From NCBI GenBank assembly GCA_965220125.1, contig CBDCPB010000004.1, positions 1,670,227-1,734,226 of the forward strand: a DNA stretch of 64,000 bases, read 5' to 3'. Both the position numbers and the translations under genes were made by a program. The stretch is from Dehalococcoidia bacterium. GTDB lineage: Bacteria > Chloroflexota > Dehalococcoidia > UBA2979. This document shows, in pieces, positions 31,603-40,004 of this stretch (its first letter is position 1; each line of letters opens with the position of its first letter). The notes under the pieces are model-generated. The model had not been told where the DNA came from. It saw only the letters and a program-made list of their open reading frames with translations, and searched no databases.

Positions 31603-32157
31603 TCACTCCGCCGGAGCCGCGGCGGGCGCTTCCGCTGCCCCCGGCTCGGCGGCGGGCGCCTCTGCCGTCTCCGGCTCGGCGGCGGGCGCTTCGGCTGCCT
31701 CGGGCTCGGCGGCGGGCGCTTCGGCTGCCTCGGGCGCTTCCTCCACGGGCGGCCTCTCGTCGCGCGGTGGCGCCTCGTCGCGCGGTGGCGCCTCGTCGCG
31801 CGGCGGCGCCTGCCGCGACGTGGCGCGGCGCTGGTACATGACCTCTTCCTCCGGCGGGCCGTCGTAGCCGGGGACGAGGCCGCGGACCAGCAGGTGCCGC
31901 AGGATGTTCTCGTTGATGTGCAGCGCGCGCTCGAAGCCGGCGATGCGATCGCCCGGCATCGTGATGTGCGTGAGCACATAGGTGCCCTCGAAGTGGTGCT
32001 TGATCGGGTAGGCGAGACGGCGGCGGCCCCAGTTGTCCGTCATCAGGATCTCGCCGCCTGTGTCTTCGACCAGCCCCTGGACGCGCTCGATGGTGGCGTC
32101 GGCCTCCTCCACCATCAGGCGCGGGCTGATCACGTACATCAACTCGTACTCGTTCAA
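31603..32157 (-). CDS. rpsF: 30S ribosomal protein S6 with a Pro/Glu/Ala repeat C-terminal tail
   Basis: Core MNEYELMYVISPRL...GRRRLAYPIKHHFEGTYVL. The tail contains APPRDE x3 and AEAPAAEPE repeats. Confidence 0.88.
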   Translation of the reverse strand: MNEYELMYVISPRLMVEEADATIERVQGLVEDTGGEILMTDNWGRRRLAYPIKHHFEGTYVLTHITMPGDRIAGFERALHINENILRHLLVRGLVPGYDGPPEEEVMYQRRATSRQAPPRDEAPPRDEAPPRDERPPVEEAPEAAEAPAAEPEAAEAPAAEPETAEAPAAEPGAAEAPAAAPAE

Positions 32158-32288
32158 ACGATCCCCCTCGCGGGGCTGTCACCCGCCGCTCGCAGCTGAA
32201 GGCGCCCCGATGAACACAGCGCCCGGCGCCGCCGTGCGCGGCAACCGGGCACAGCGGGAAGCGCGGCGGCCCGTACTCCGTGCTCGCC

Positions 32289-32317
32289 AGTATATGAACG
32301 CGCCGATCGAGGGGCAA
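32289..32317 (-). promoter_or_regulatory. Putative sigma70-type promoter for rpsF-ssb-rpsR: TTGCCC-N17-TATACT, read on the minus strand
   Basis: Plus strand carries gggcaa at 32312-32317 and agtata at 32289-32294, with a 17-nt spacer. Confidence 0.35.
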
Positions 32318-32341
32318 TCGAGCCTCCCAGGCGGCGTGTCG

Positions 32342-33610
32342 CTATGCGGACGGCACACCCGGCGCGGGGAACGCCTCGCAGAGGGACTGCACGTCGGCGT
32401 GCACCTCGGCGCTGACGGCGTCGTCCTCGGGCGCATCGAGGATGCGCGCGATCAGCTCGCCGACCCGGCGCAGCTCCGCCGTCGCGAGCCCGCGCGAGGT
32501 CAGCGCGGGCGTGCCGACGCGGATGCCGGAGGCGACGGCCGGCGGCAGCTCGTCGTAGGGGATCGCGTTCTTGTTGACGACGATGCCCGCGCGCGCCAGC
32601 GCGTCCTCCGCCGTCTGGCCGGTCAGCCCCTTCGGCGTCACGTCGACGAGCAGCAGGTGGTTGTCCGTGCCGCCGCTGACCACGCGCAGCCCGGCCTCGA
32701 CGAGCGTCTCGCCGAGCACGCGCGCGTTGTCCACCGTCTGCTGCGAGTAGGCGCGGAACTGCGAGGTCGCCGCCTCCGCGAAGGCGACCGCCTTGCCGGC
32801 GACGACGTGCATCAGCGGGCCGCCCTGCGCGTTGGGAAAGACGCCCCGGTCGATGCGCCGCGCGTACTGCTCATCGCAGAGCACCATCCCGCCGCGCGGC
32901 CCGCGCAGCGTCTTGTGCGTGGAGCTGGTGACGATCTGCGCCTGGCCGATAGGCGAGACGTGCACACCGGAGGCGACGAGCCCGGCGATGTGCGCCATGT
33001 CCGCCATCAGGATCGCATCGACCTCGTCGGCGATCGCGCGGGCGCGGGCGAAGTCGATCTCGCGCGGGTAGGCCGTCGCGCCGGTGACGATGATCTTCGG
33101 GCGGTGCTCGCGGGCGAGCGCGGCCATCTCGTCGTAGTCGATGTACTCCGTCTCGCGATCGACGCCGTAGGAGACGAACTGGAAGAGCTTGCCGCTGAAG
33201 TTGACGCTCGATCCGTGGGTGAGGTGGCCGCCCTGGTCGAGGCGCAGACCCATCACCGTGTCGCCCGGCTTGAGCAGCCCGAAGTAGACCGCCATGTTCG
33301 CCTGCGCGCCGGAGTGCGGCTGGACGTTGGCGTGCTCCGCCCCGAAGAGCGAGCGCGCCCGCTCGATCGCGAGGGTCTCGACCTCGTCGACGAACTCGCA
33401 GCCTCCGTAGTAGCGGCGGCCGGGGTAGCCCTCGGCGTACTTGTTGGTGAGCACGGTGCCCACGGCCTCGATCACCGCCGCCGAGGCGAAGTTCTCGGAG
33501 GCGATCATCTCGAGGGTGGAGCGCTGCCGCTGCTCCTCGCGAGCGATCGCCGCGGCGATCGCGGGATCAACATCGGCGAGCGTGCCCGCCAGTTCCGTCA
33601 GCGTGCTCAT
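32342..33610 (-). CDS. glyA: Serine hydroxymethyltransferase
   Basis: 422 aa; motifs [11 protein letters not shown] and ASENFAS. Confidence 0.93.
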   Translation of the reverse strand: MSTLTELAGTLADVDPAIAAAIAREEQRQRSTLEMIASENFASAAVIEAVGTVLTNKYAEGYPGRRYYGGCEFVDEVETLAIERARSLFGAEHANVQPHSGAQANMAVYFGLLKPGDTVMGLRLDQGGHLTHGSSVNFSGKLFQFVSYGVDRETEYIDYDEMAALAREHRPKIIVTGATAYPREIDFARARAIADEVDAILMADMAHIAGLVASGVHVSPIGQAQIVTSSTHKTLRGPRGGMVLCDEQYARRIDRGVFPNAQGGPLMHVVAGKAVAFAEAATSQFRAYSQQTVDNARVLGETLVEAGLRVVSGGTDNHLLLVDVTPKGLTGQTAEDALARAGIVVNKNAIPYDELPPAVASGIRVGTPALTSRGLATAELRRVGELIARILDAPEDDAVSAEVHADVQSLCEAFPAPGVPSA

Positions 33611-33649
33611 CTCTCGCTCCTCGTGGGGATACGCGCCGCTGCCACGATC

Positions 33650-34636
33650 CTACCGCAGGCCGGGCGCAGGGGCCGCGTCTCGAGCGTCAGGCGTGCGCAA
33701 CGCTTCGACGCGTACGCGCGGCTCCAGGCGGCGCGCGTCGGTCACGCGCCCAAGGGCGGTGCCGGGCGCCAGGCAGGTGGCCGCCCCGGCCGCCGTCGCG
33801 GTCGTCAGGGCCGCGGCCCAGCCGCGGTTGCGCACGAGGCCGAAGATCAGCCCGGCGAGGAAGGCGTCGCCGGCTCCCACCGCGGAGCGCACCTCGACAT
33901 CGAGCGCGCCGACGCGGAAGCCGCCCTCGGGCGTCATCGCCACCGCGCCGCCGTCGCCGCGAGTGATCACGACCTGCTCCAGGCCCCAGGCGCGCAGCGT
34001 GCGGGCCGCCTCGATGGCGCCCGCTTCGTCCTCGATCGTGCGCCCGAGCAGGCGTTCCGCCTCGTGTTCGTTGAGCTTGAGCAGGTCGGGCGCGGCGCCG
34101 CCGCTGAGGATCGCCGCGACTACCTCGCCGTCGGCATCGACGGCGCTGTACGCGCCGCGCTCGGCGGCCATGCCGAGCAGGTCGGCGTAGAGCGCGGGAT
34201 CGCAGCCGGGCGGGATCGAGCCGGCGAGCACCAGCCAGCTCTGGCCGTGCGGGCGCAGGCGGCGATTGAGCCGCGCGCGCAGCAGCGAGATCGCGTGCTG
34301 CGTCACCTTCGGCCCGCTGGCCGCGAGCACGGTGTCGCGGTGCGTCTGGCGGTCGAGGATCGTGATGTTGGTGCGCGTCTCGCCGGGCACGAAGATGAAC
34401 TCGCAGCCGATGCCCGAGTCGAGCAACGAGTCCTCGATCATCCGTCCGAGGTCGCCGGGGGCGAAGCCGCTGGCGAGCGGCTCGTAGCCGAGCTCCTTGA
34501 GCATGCGCGCGACGTTGATGCCCTTGCCGCCGATGTCCCAGCGGATGGCGGCGACGCGGTTGGTGTCGCCTTCGACCAGGCGATCGATCTCGATCGTCTG
34601 GTCAATCGCCGGGTTGAGGGTGACCGTGATAATCAC
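33650..34636 (-). CDS. PfkB-family sugar kinase (1-phosphofructokinase/tagatose-6-phosphate kinase-like)
   Basis: 328 aa; MIITVTLNPAIDQT..., GGKGINVA, C-terminal GAGDAF motif. Confidence 0.8.
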   Translation of the reverse strand: MIITVTLNPAIDQTIEIDRLVEGDTNRVAAIRWDIGGKGINVARMLKELGYEPLASGFAPGDLGRMIEDSLLDSGIGCEFIFVPGETRTNITILDRQTHRDTVLAASGPKVTQHAISLLRARLNRRLRPHGQSWLVLAGSIPPGCDPALYADLLGMAAERGAYSAVDADGEVVAAILSGGAAPDLLKLNEHEAERLLGRTIEDEAGAIEAARTLRAWGLEQVVITRGDGGAVAMTPEGGFRVGALDVEVRSAVGAGDAFLAGLIFGLVRNRGWAAALTTATAAGAATCLAPGTALGRVTDARRLEPRVRVEALRTPDARDAAPAPGLR

Positions 34637-34716
34637 AGCGCGCCTCCCGTGGCGGCCGCGGGGCGCATTCTAGGCCCGCCCCGTGCCCGCTTGCCAGCAC
34701 CCCGGCGCGCGCGCCC

Positions 34717-35397
34717 TCAGTCCTCCCGCGCGACGGCGAGGGCGTAGACGCGCTCGGCGCCGGCGTCCAGCAGCGCTCGCGCGCCCGCGGCGAGGGTCGC
34801 GCCGGTCGTCGAGACGTCGTCGACGAGCAGCACACCGGCGGGCGGCTCGCCGACGGCGGCGAACGCGCCCGCGACGTTCGAGGCGCGCCGATCCGCGCCG
34901 AGCGTGGTTTGCGGCGCAGTCGCACGGGCGCGGCGCAGCAGTTCGGCGCGCAGCGGCAGGCCAAGGCGATCCGCGACCCGGCGCGCGATCAGCTCGGACT
35001 GGTTGAAGCCGCGGCGCCGACGGCGCGCTCGGTGGAGCGGGATCGGGGTCACGGCATCGATCGCCCAGCGGCGCGGCACGATGTCGGCAGCGGCGTCGCC
35101 GAGCGGAGCGAGGTGCGCGCTGATGCCCCGGAACTTCGCCTCCAGCAGCGCGCGGCGCGCGACGCCCGTGAAGCGGTAGGGCGTGCGCAGCCCCTCGAAC
35201 GGCGGCGGATCGGCGAGGCAGGCGGCGCAGGGCGAGCCCGGGCCGGGCGCCCAGCAGCGGGTGCAGCGCGGCTGCCCGGCCGCGGGCAGCGCCTCGAGGC
35301 AGGCGTGGTGCAGCGCCGCGCCGAAGCGTCCGCAGGCGATGCAGCGCTGCGGCAGCAGCGCCTCCGCCAGCTCCTGCAACAACTCGCGCGCGACCAT
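34717..35397 (-). CDS. ComF-family phosphoribosyltransferase-domain protein
   Basis: N-terminal Cys-rich region (CIACG...C..C), a C-terminal PRTase motif LLVDDVSTTGATL, and RGFNQS. Confidence 0.75.
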   Translation of the reverse strand: MVARELLQELAEALLPQRCIACGRFGAALHHACLEALPAAGQPRCTRCWAPGPGSPCAACLADPPPFEGLRTPYRFTGVARRALLEAKFRGISAHLAPLGDAAADIVPRRWAIDAVTPIPLHRARRRRRGFNQSELIARRVADRLGLPLRAELLRRARATAPQTTLGADRRASNVAGAFAAVGEPPAGVLLVDDVSTTGATLAAGARALLDAGAERVYALAVARED

Positions 35398-35486
35398 CGC
35401 CTGCCCTCGATTGCTCCGCGCCGGGTCCGGCGCGCGGAGCGAGCTTATACTCGGAGCACAGCCCGGCGAGCAGACGAGGCAGGCCC

Positions 35487-36206
35487 GTGCGCGTCAGGAT
35501 CCGGCTCTTCGCACAGCTCCGCGAGCTGATGGGCGGCGACTTCCTCGTCGAGGAGTTCGCCGAGAGCGCCGTCACGGTCGCCGATCTGCAGCGCCGCCTG
35601 GAGCAGTCGCGGCCCGCACTGCGGCCGCACCTCCCGACGCTCGCGCTGGCGATCAACGAGGAGTACTGCATCGACGCCTCCACGCAGATCGGCGAACGCG
35701 ACGAGGTCGCGCTGATCCAGCCGATCTCCGGGGGCGCCGATCAGGCGCCGCCGTTCCTCGTGACCCACGAGCCGCTGGACCGCGCTTCGCTGCGCGAGCT
35801 GGTGCGCACCGACGAGAGCGGCGCGGTGGTGCTGTTCGAGGGTGTGGTGCGCAACCACCACGAGGGCCGCGGCGTGGCGCGGCTGGAGTACGAGGCCTAC
35901 GCCTCGATGGCCGAGCGCCAGCTCGAGGCGGCAGCGCGCGAGGTGCTGGCGGAGTTCGAGGGCCGCGAGGTGCAGCGCATCGCGGCGCACCACCGCATCG
36001 GGATGCTGGAGATCGGCGAGGTCTCGCTGCTGGTCGCGGTCTCGGCCTCGCACCGGCGGGACGCCTTCGAGGCCGCCTTGCGCGCGGTCGACCGGATCAA
36101 GGAGACGGTCCCGGTCTGGAAGCGCGAGCACGGCCTCGACGGATCGGTGTGGCAGGAGGGGGTCAGGCCTCGGCCTGCCGGAGCGGAGCACCCCGCGGGG
36201 GCCTGA
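35487..36206 (+). CDS. Molybdopterin synthase MoaD-MoaE fusion protein
   Basis: N-terminal ThiS/MoaD fold ending ...IQPISGG, followed by MoaE motifs (VVLFEGVVRNHHEGRGV, RIKETVPVWKRE). Confidence 0.85.
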   Translation: MRVRIRLFAQLRELMGGDFLVEEFAESAVTVADLQRRLEQSRPALRPHLPTLALAINEEYCIDASTQIGERDEVALIQPISGGADQAPPFLVTHEPLDRASLRELVRTDESGAVVLFEGVVRNHHEGRGVARLEYEAYASMAERQLEAAAREVLAEFEGREVQRIAAHHRIGMLEIGEVSLLVAVSASHRRDAFEAALRAVDRIKETVPVWKREHGLDGSVWQEGVRPRPAGAEHPAGA

Positions 36207-36219
36207 CTGCGGAAGTTCT

Positions 36220-36555
36220 CTAGCCCAACTGGTTCAGGATCACACCGACGCCGATGCTGATCGCGGTCAGCACCAGGCCGAAGCCAGCCGCCATGCCCGC
36301 GCCGAGCTTGAGCAGCAGGCGCGGCTCAATCTGATCGACCTTGTGATCAAGCTGGTCGATCCGGTGGTCAAGTTGGTCGATCCGGTGGTCGAGCTTCCGC
36401 TCGAGGTCCGCGAGCGCAAGCGCCAGGTCTTCCTTCGTGACCAGATTCGAGGGCATCGCAGCCATGTGCGTCGCGAGGGCATCGGCCTGCTGCTCGTTGA
36501 ACCCTGCCGCGCGCAGGTCTTTGGAGATGCTGAGCGTGTCGGAAGCCATCGCCAT
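36220..36555 (-). CDS. DUF1640-like small protein, copy A: N-terminal FDTL-AG-QAEA-like motif, coiled coil with HRIDQLD-type 7-aa repeats, C-terminal TM helix
   Basis: MAMASDTLSISKDLRAAGFNEQQADALATHMAA...HRIDQLDHRIDQLDHKVDQIEPRLLLKLGAGMAAGFGLVLTAISIGVGVILNQLG. Start taken at the MAMAS ATG (36555), with a TATACT -10-like hexamer just upstream. The track ORF starts 9 codons earlier at a GTG. Confidence 0.7.
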   Translation of the reverse strand: MAMASDTLSISKDLRAAGFNEQQADALATHMAAMPSNLVTKEDLALALADLERKLDHRIDQLDHRIDQLDHKVDQIEPRLLLKLGAGMAAGFGLVLTAISIGVGVILNQLG

Positions 36556-36775
36556 GAGTATACGCCGCCGCCTCTGCCACACTTACGCGGGGGTTAGGGT
36601 AGCACAGTCCTGTCATACCATTACGCGCCGGTGCGAGCCTGATCAAGGAGACGGTCCCGGTCTGGAAGCGCGAGCAACGGCCTCGACGGGTCGGTCTGGC
36701 AGGAGGGCGTCGGTCTTCGCCCCACCGGAGCGGAGCGCCCCGCGGGCGCCCTGAGCGCCGGGAGCCCGGAGCCGG

Positions 36776-37153
36776 CTAGCCCAACTGGTTCAGGATCACG
36801 CCGACGCCGATGCTGATCGCGGTCAGCACCAGGCCGAAGCCCCCCACCATGCCGGCGCCCAGCTTGAGAAGCAGGCGCGGCTCAATCTGATCGACCTTGT
36901 GATCGAGCTGATCAACCTTGTGATCGAGCTGATCAACCTTGTGGTCCAGCTGATCAATTCTGTGGTCCAGCTGATCAATTCTGTGGCCAACCTTGAGCTC
37001 GAGTTCTGCGAGCCCAAGTGCCAGGTCTTCCCGTGAGGCCAGGTTTGCCGGCATGGCGGCCATGTGCGTGGCGAGCGCGTCCGCCTGCTGCTCGTTGAAG
37101 CCTGCCGCGCGCAGGTCTTTGGAGATGCTGAGCGTGTCGGAAGCCATCGCCAT
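36776..37153 (-). CDS. DUF1640-like small protein, copy B, with five 7-aa (21-nt) coiled-coil repeats
   Basis: Near-identical N-terminus to copy A; HRIDQLD x2 plus HKVDQLD x3; C-terminal TM helix. Confidence 0.7.
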   Translation of the reverse strand: MAMASDTLSISKDLRAAGFNEQQADALATHMAAMPANLASREDLALGLAELELKVGHRIDQLDHRIDQLDHKVDQLDHKVDQLDHKVDQIEPRLLLKLGAGMVGGFGLVLTAISIGVGVILNQLG

Positions 37154-37364
37154 GAGTATACGCCGCCGCCTCTGCCACACTTACGCGGGGGTTAGGGTAG
37201 CACAGTCCTGTCATACCATTACGCGCCGGTGCGAGCCTGATCAAGGAGACGGTCCCGGTCTGGAAGCGCGAGCAACGGCCTCGACGGGTCGGTCTGGCAG
37301 GAGGGCGTCGGTCTTCGCCCCACCGGAGCGGGGCGCCCCGCGGGCGCCCTGAGCGCCGAGCCCG

Positions 37365-37646
37365 TTAGCCGAGCTGGTGGAGGAGCACCGCTGTGGCTGT
37401 GCCCATCCCGGCAAGGATCAGTCCGACGGCAACCGCCAGGCCCGCACCAAGCCTCAGCAGCAGGCGCGACTCAACCTGATCGATCTTGTGGTTCAGTCGA
37501 GATACCTCCAGTGCGAGGTCTTCCTTCGTGACGAGATTCGTGGGCATCGCGGCCATGTGCGTGGCGAGCGCGTCGGCCTGCTGCTCGTTGAAGCCTGCCG
37601 CGCGCAGGTCTTTGGAGATGCTGAGCGTGTCCGAAGCCATCGCCAT
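37365..37646 (-). CDS. DUF1640-like small protein, copy C, with no internal 7-aa repeats and a divergent TM helix
   Basis: MAMASDTLSISKDLRAAGFNEQQADALATHMAAMPTNLVTKEDLALEVSRLNHKIDQVESRLLLRLGAGLAVAVGLILAGMGTATAVLLHQLG. Only 6 nt separate it from copy D. Confidence 0.65.
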   Translation of the reverse strand: MAMASDTLSISKDLRAAGFNEQQADALATHMAAMPTNLVTKEDLALEVSRLNHKIDQVESRLLLRLGAGLAVAVGLILAGMGTATAVLLHQLG

Positions 37647-37652
37647 AGAGCG

Positions 37653-37901
37653 TCAGCCCAGTTGGTTCAGAAGGATTGCCGTGACAATGCCCATCCCGGC
37701 GAAGAGTAGACCCACGGCAACCGCGAGACCTGCGCCCATCCTCAACTCAAGCCGCGATACCTCCAGTGCCAGGTCTTCTTTCGTCACGAGGTTCGCGGGC
37801 ACGGCAGCCATGTGCGTCGCGAGCGCATCGGCCTGCTGCTCGTTGAAGCCTGCCGCCCGCAGGTCTTTGGAGATGCTGAGCGTGTCCGAAGCCATCGCCA
37901 T
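37653..37901 (-). CDS. DUF1640-like small protein, copy D, shortest form
   Basis: MAMASDTLSISKDLRAAGFNEQQADALATHMAAVPANLVTKEDLALEVSRLELRMGAGLAVAVGLLFAGMGIVTAILLNQLG. Confidence 0.65.
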   Translation of the reverse strand: MAMASDTLSISKDLRAAGFNEQQADALATHMAAVPANLVTKEDLALEVSRLELRMGAGLAVAVGLLFAGMGIVTAILLNQLG

Positions 37902-37966
37902 GAGTATAGGCCGCCGCCGCTGCCACGCGTCCGAGGCGCATACCATACCACAGTCATGTCATACGA

Positions 37967-39328
37967 CTACGCGCCGGTGCGGTAGTCCGGGGCGCGCAGC
38001 TCGTAGGCGGTGGCGACCTGGAGGTCGCTGAGCCGCGAGGCGATGCGCGGCTCCAGATCCGTGAGCGCGAGGTCGCTCGTGATCACCGTCGGGCGGCGGC
38101 CGAGATGGCGATAGTTGAGCAGCTGGTAGAGCTTCTCCTGCGCCCAGCCGCCCGACTTCTCCACCCCGAGGTCGTCGAGGACCAGCAGGCCGGCGTCGCG
38201 CAGGCGGCGGAACAGCGGATCGAAGCGCTCGGCCGAGTCCGGCGAGAACGACGCGCGCAGCTCGTCGAGCAGGTCCGGGGCGGTGGCGAAGGCGACGCGG
38301 TCGCCCTGATCGAGGCGGTAGCCGGCGATGGCGGCGGCGAGGTGGGTCTTGCCGCTGCCGTTCTTGCCAAGCAGCACCAGCCAGCCTGCGGGGCGCTCCG
38401 CCCAGCCGCGCGCGAGGCGGAACGCGCCCTCGAGGTTGCGGCGCTGCTCGCCCCGCAGGCCGTGCCCGCCGGGCCGGAAGCGCTCGAACGTCAGCTCGGC
38501 GAGCCGCTCGCGCGACATCCCGCCGACCTCGGAGTAGCGGGGCGCCGACGTCTCCTCGAGCGTGAAGTGCTGTGCGAGGGCGGGGTCCGCGAGCCGCGCG
38601 CCGAGACGCTCGTCGATCTGCTCGGGCGGCCGCACGCAGGTGAAGACCGTCGGGAGCGCGGCATGGAAGCGGTGCGAGACGAGCTGCGCGAACTTCTCGC
38701 GCGCCCACGGCGTCTCGGAGTAGCTGTCGAGGTCGTCGAGCACGGCCAGCGGCGCCTCGCGGAACTGGTCGCTGAGGCGATCGTAGGAGACTTCGGCGTC
38801 GTCCCCGTAGGAGGCGCGCAGGCGGTCGAGGAAGTCGGCGACGGAGAGGAAGAGCGCGGGGCGGCCGAGCTCGATCGCGCGGTTGGCGATGGCGGCTGCG
38901 AGGTGCGTCTTGCCGCAGCCGGGCACGCCGCTGAAGACCAGCCAGCCCTGGGGATCCTCGGCGAAGCGGCGCGCGGCCTCGACAGCGAGGGTGTAGCGCT
39001 GCTGCGCGAGGGGGTCGGAGGAGCGGCCATGCGGGAGCAGCGTCCCGAAGGTGAAGCGGGAGAGCGTGCCGAGGCGCGAGTAGCGGAGCAGGCGCTCGCG
39101 CCGCTCGCCCTCGTCCTCGCGGTCGGCGCAGCTGCACGGCACGGCGCGCCCGAACTCGGGGCTGGTGAGATCCGCGGTGACCCGCACGAAGCGCGCGCCC
39201 CTGCAGAGCGGGCACGGCGGGTCGCGGTCCACGGCTGCGGACTGGGGATCAGCTGCGGCGGATAACGCGTTCGTACGGTCCGTGATCGCGAGGCTCCGCT
39301 CGCGCATGATCCGCGCCAGGCTTCGCAT
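37967..39328 (-). CDS. Putative helicase loader with an N-terminal Cys4 zinc ribbon and two tandem DnaC/DnaI/IstB-like AAA+ modules
   Basis: ATG at 39328 is preceded by AGGAAGGGGGG. Zinc ribbon CPLCRG...CSC. Two Walker A motifs, GVPGCGKTHLAAAIA and GKNGSGKTHLAAAIA, each followed by a DnaC-like region ending VLDDLD/VLDDLG. Confidence 0.7.
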   Translation of the reverse strand: MRSLARIMRERSLAITDRTNALSAAADPQSAAVDRDPPCPLCRGARFVRVTADLTSPEFGRAVPCSCADREDEGERRERLLRYSRLGTLSRFTFGTLLPHGRSSDPLAQQRYTLAVEAARRFAEDPQGWLVFSGVPGCGKTHLAAAIANRAIELGRPALFLSVADFLDRLRASYGDDAEVSYDRLSDQFREAPLAVLDDLDSYSETPWAREKFAQLVSHRFHAALPTVFTCVRPPEQIDERLGARLADPALAQHFTLEETSAPRYSEVGGMSRERLAELTFERFRPGGHGLRGEQRRNLEGAFRLARGWAERPAGWLVLLGKNGSGKTHLAAAIAGYRLDQGDRVAFATAPDLLDELRASFSPDSAERFDPLFRRLRDAGLLVLDDLGVEKSGGWAQEKLYQLLNYRHLGRRPTVITSDLALTDLEPRIASRLSDLQVATAYELRAPDYRTGA

Positions 39329-40004
39329 CGGCCGTCCCCCCTTCCTCTGCGGCGCCCTCGGACTCCCAGCGGTGCAGGATCGACTCGGCGTAGGCCCAGC
39401 GGCGCACGTTGTGTCGCGCCGCGAGCCGCAGCGCGCGGGCGATCCAGTCGGCCGGCCAGCGCTCCGCGGCCGCGTCGAGGGCGTCCGTGATCGCCGGCGT
39501 GAGCGCGCCGATCTCCTGTTCGTAGACGCGCGCCGGCGCGTCGGCCTCAATGCGCTCCGCCTCCGCCCGAGGCGCGGCGACGCGCACGCCCGGCGGCGGC
39601 TCCAGCGCGCCCGAACGCAGTCGCTCGCGGTTACGGCGTCCCGCGTCCGTGTTCACGAAGCAGAGCGTGTCGCCATCCTCCAGCGCCAGCGTGAGCAGGC
39701 TGCCGCGCGCTGCCGCGCGCTCGATCGAGGGCGTCAGCGCCGCGACGCCGCCGCAGCCCGCCAGCGCGCGACGCAGCGGCTCCTCCGAGGCGAGTTGCGA
39801 GACGCGGACGGCGCGCAGCGTGCCCTTGCGACGTCCGATCGCGTAGAGCGCGTAGAGCGTGACGCGTAGCTCGGCCTCGTCGTCGATGAGCCCCAGCAGC
39901 TCGGTGAAGAACTGCGACGGCAGCGTGGTCGCCGTGCCGCGCGCGACGAAGCCCTCGAAGGGCGTCGCGCGTTCGCCCTCGATGCGCAGGGCCGGGGGCG
40001 TCAT
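39249..40004 (-). CDS. DnaD-domain protein (replication initiation/restart adaptor-like)
   Basis: ATG at 40004 overlaps the dnaB stop (ATGA). C-terminal region VYEQEIGALTPAITDALDAAAERWPADWIARALRLAARHNVRRWAYAESILHRW resembles the DnaD C-terminal domain (YxxxIxxxW). Confidence 0.6.
   Translation of the reverse strand: MTPPALRIEGERATPFEGFVARGTATTLPSQFFTELLGLIDDEAELRVTLYALYAIGRRKGTLRAVRVSQLASEEPLRRALAGCGGVAALTPSIERAAARGSLLTLALEDGDTLCFVNTDAGRRNRERLRSGALEPPPGVRVAAPRAEAERIEADAPARVYEQEIGALTPAITDALDAAAERWPADWIARALRLAARHNVRRWAYAESILHRWESEGAAEEGGTADAKPGADHARAEPRDHGPYERVIRRS

Larger units (their letters stand above)
36095..37985. repeat. Segmental tandem duplication. Each unit of about 550-600 bp holds the 3' ~110 bp of moaE (including its stop), a DUF1640 gene on the opposite strand, and that gene's promoter/leader. 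Present as three units plus an extra gene copy.
   Basis: The moaE 3' end (36095-36206, gatcaaggagacggtcccggtctggaagcgcgagca...) recurs at about 36641-36760 and 37239-37350. The conserved upstream block gccatgagtatacgccgccgcctctgccacacttacgcgggggttagggtagcacagtcctgtcataccattacgcgccggtgcg recurs at about 36551, 37151 and 37899. Confidence 0.85.

Noticed and set aside
36437-37352. Plus-strand ORFs of 105 and 119 aa overlapping the DUF1640 copies
   Set aside because: They are antisense to the conserved minus-strand paralogues. The minus-strand frames are the ones conserved across all four copies and have a TM plus coiled-coil architecture.
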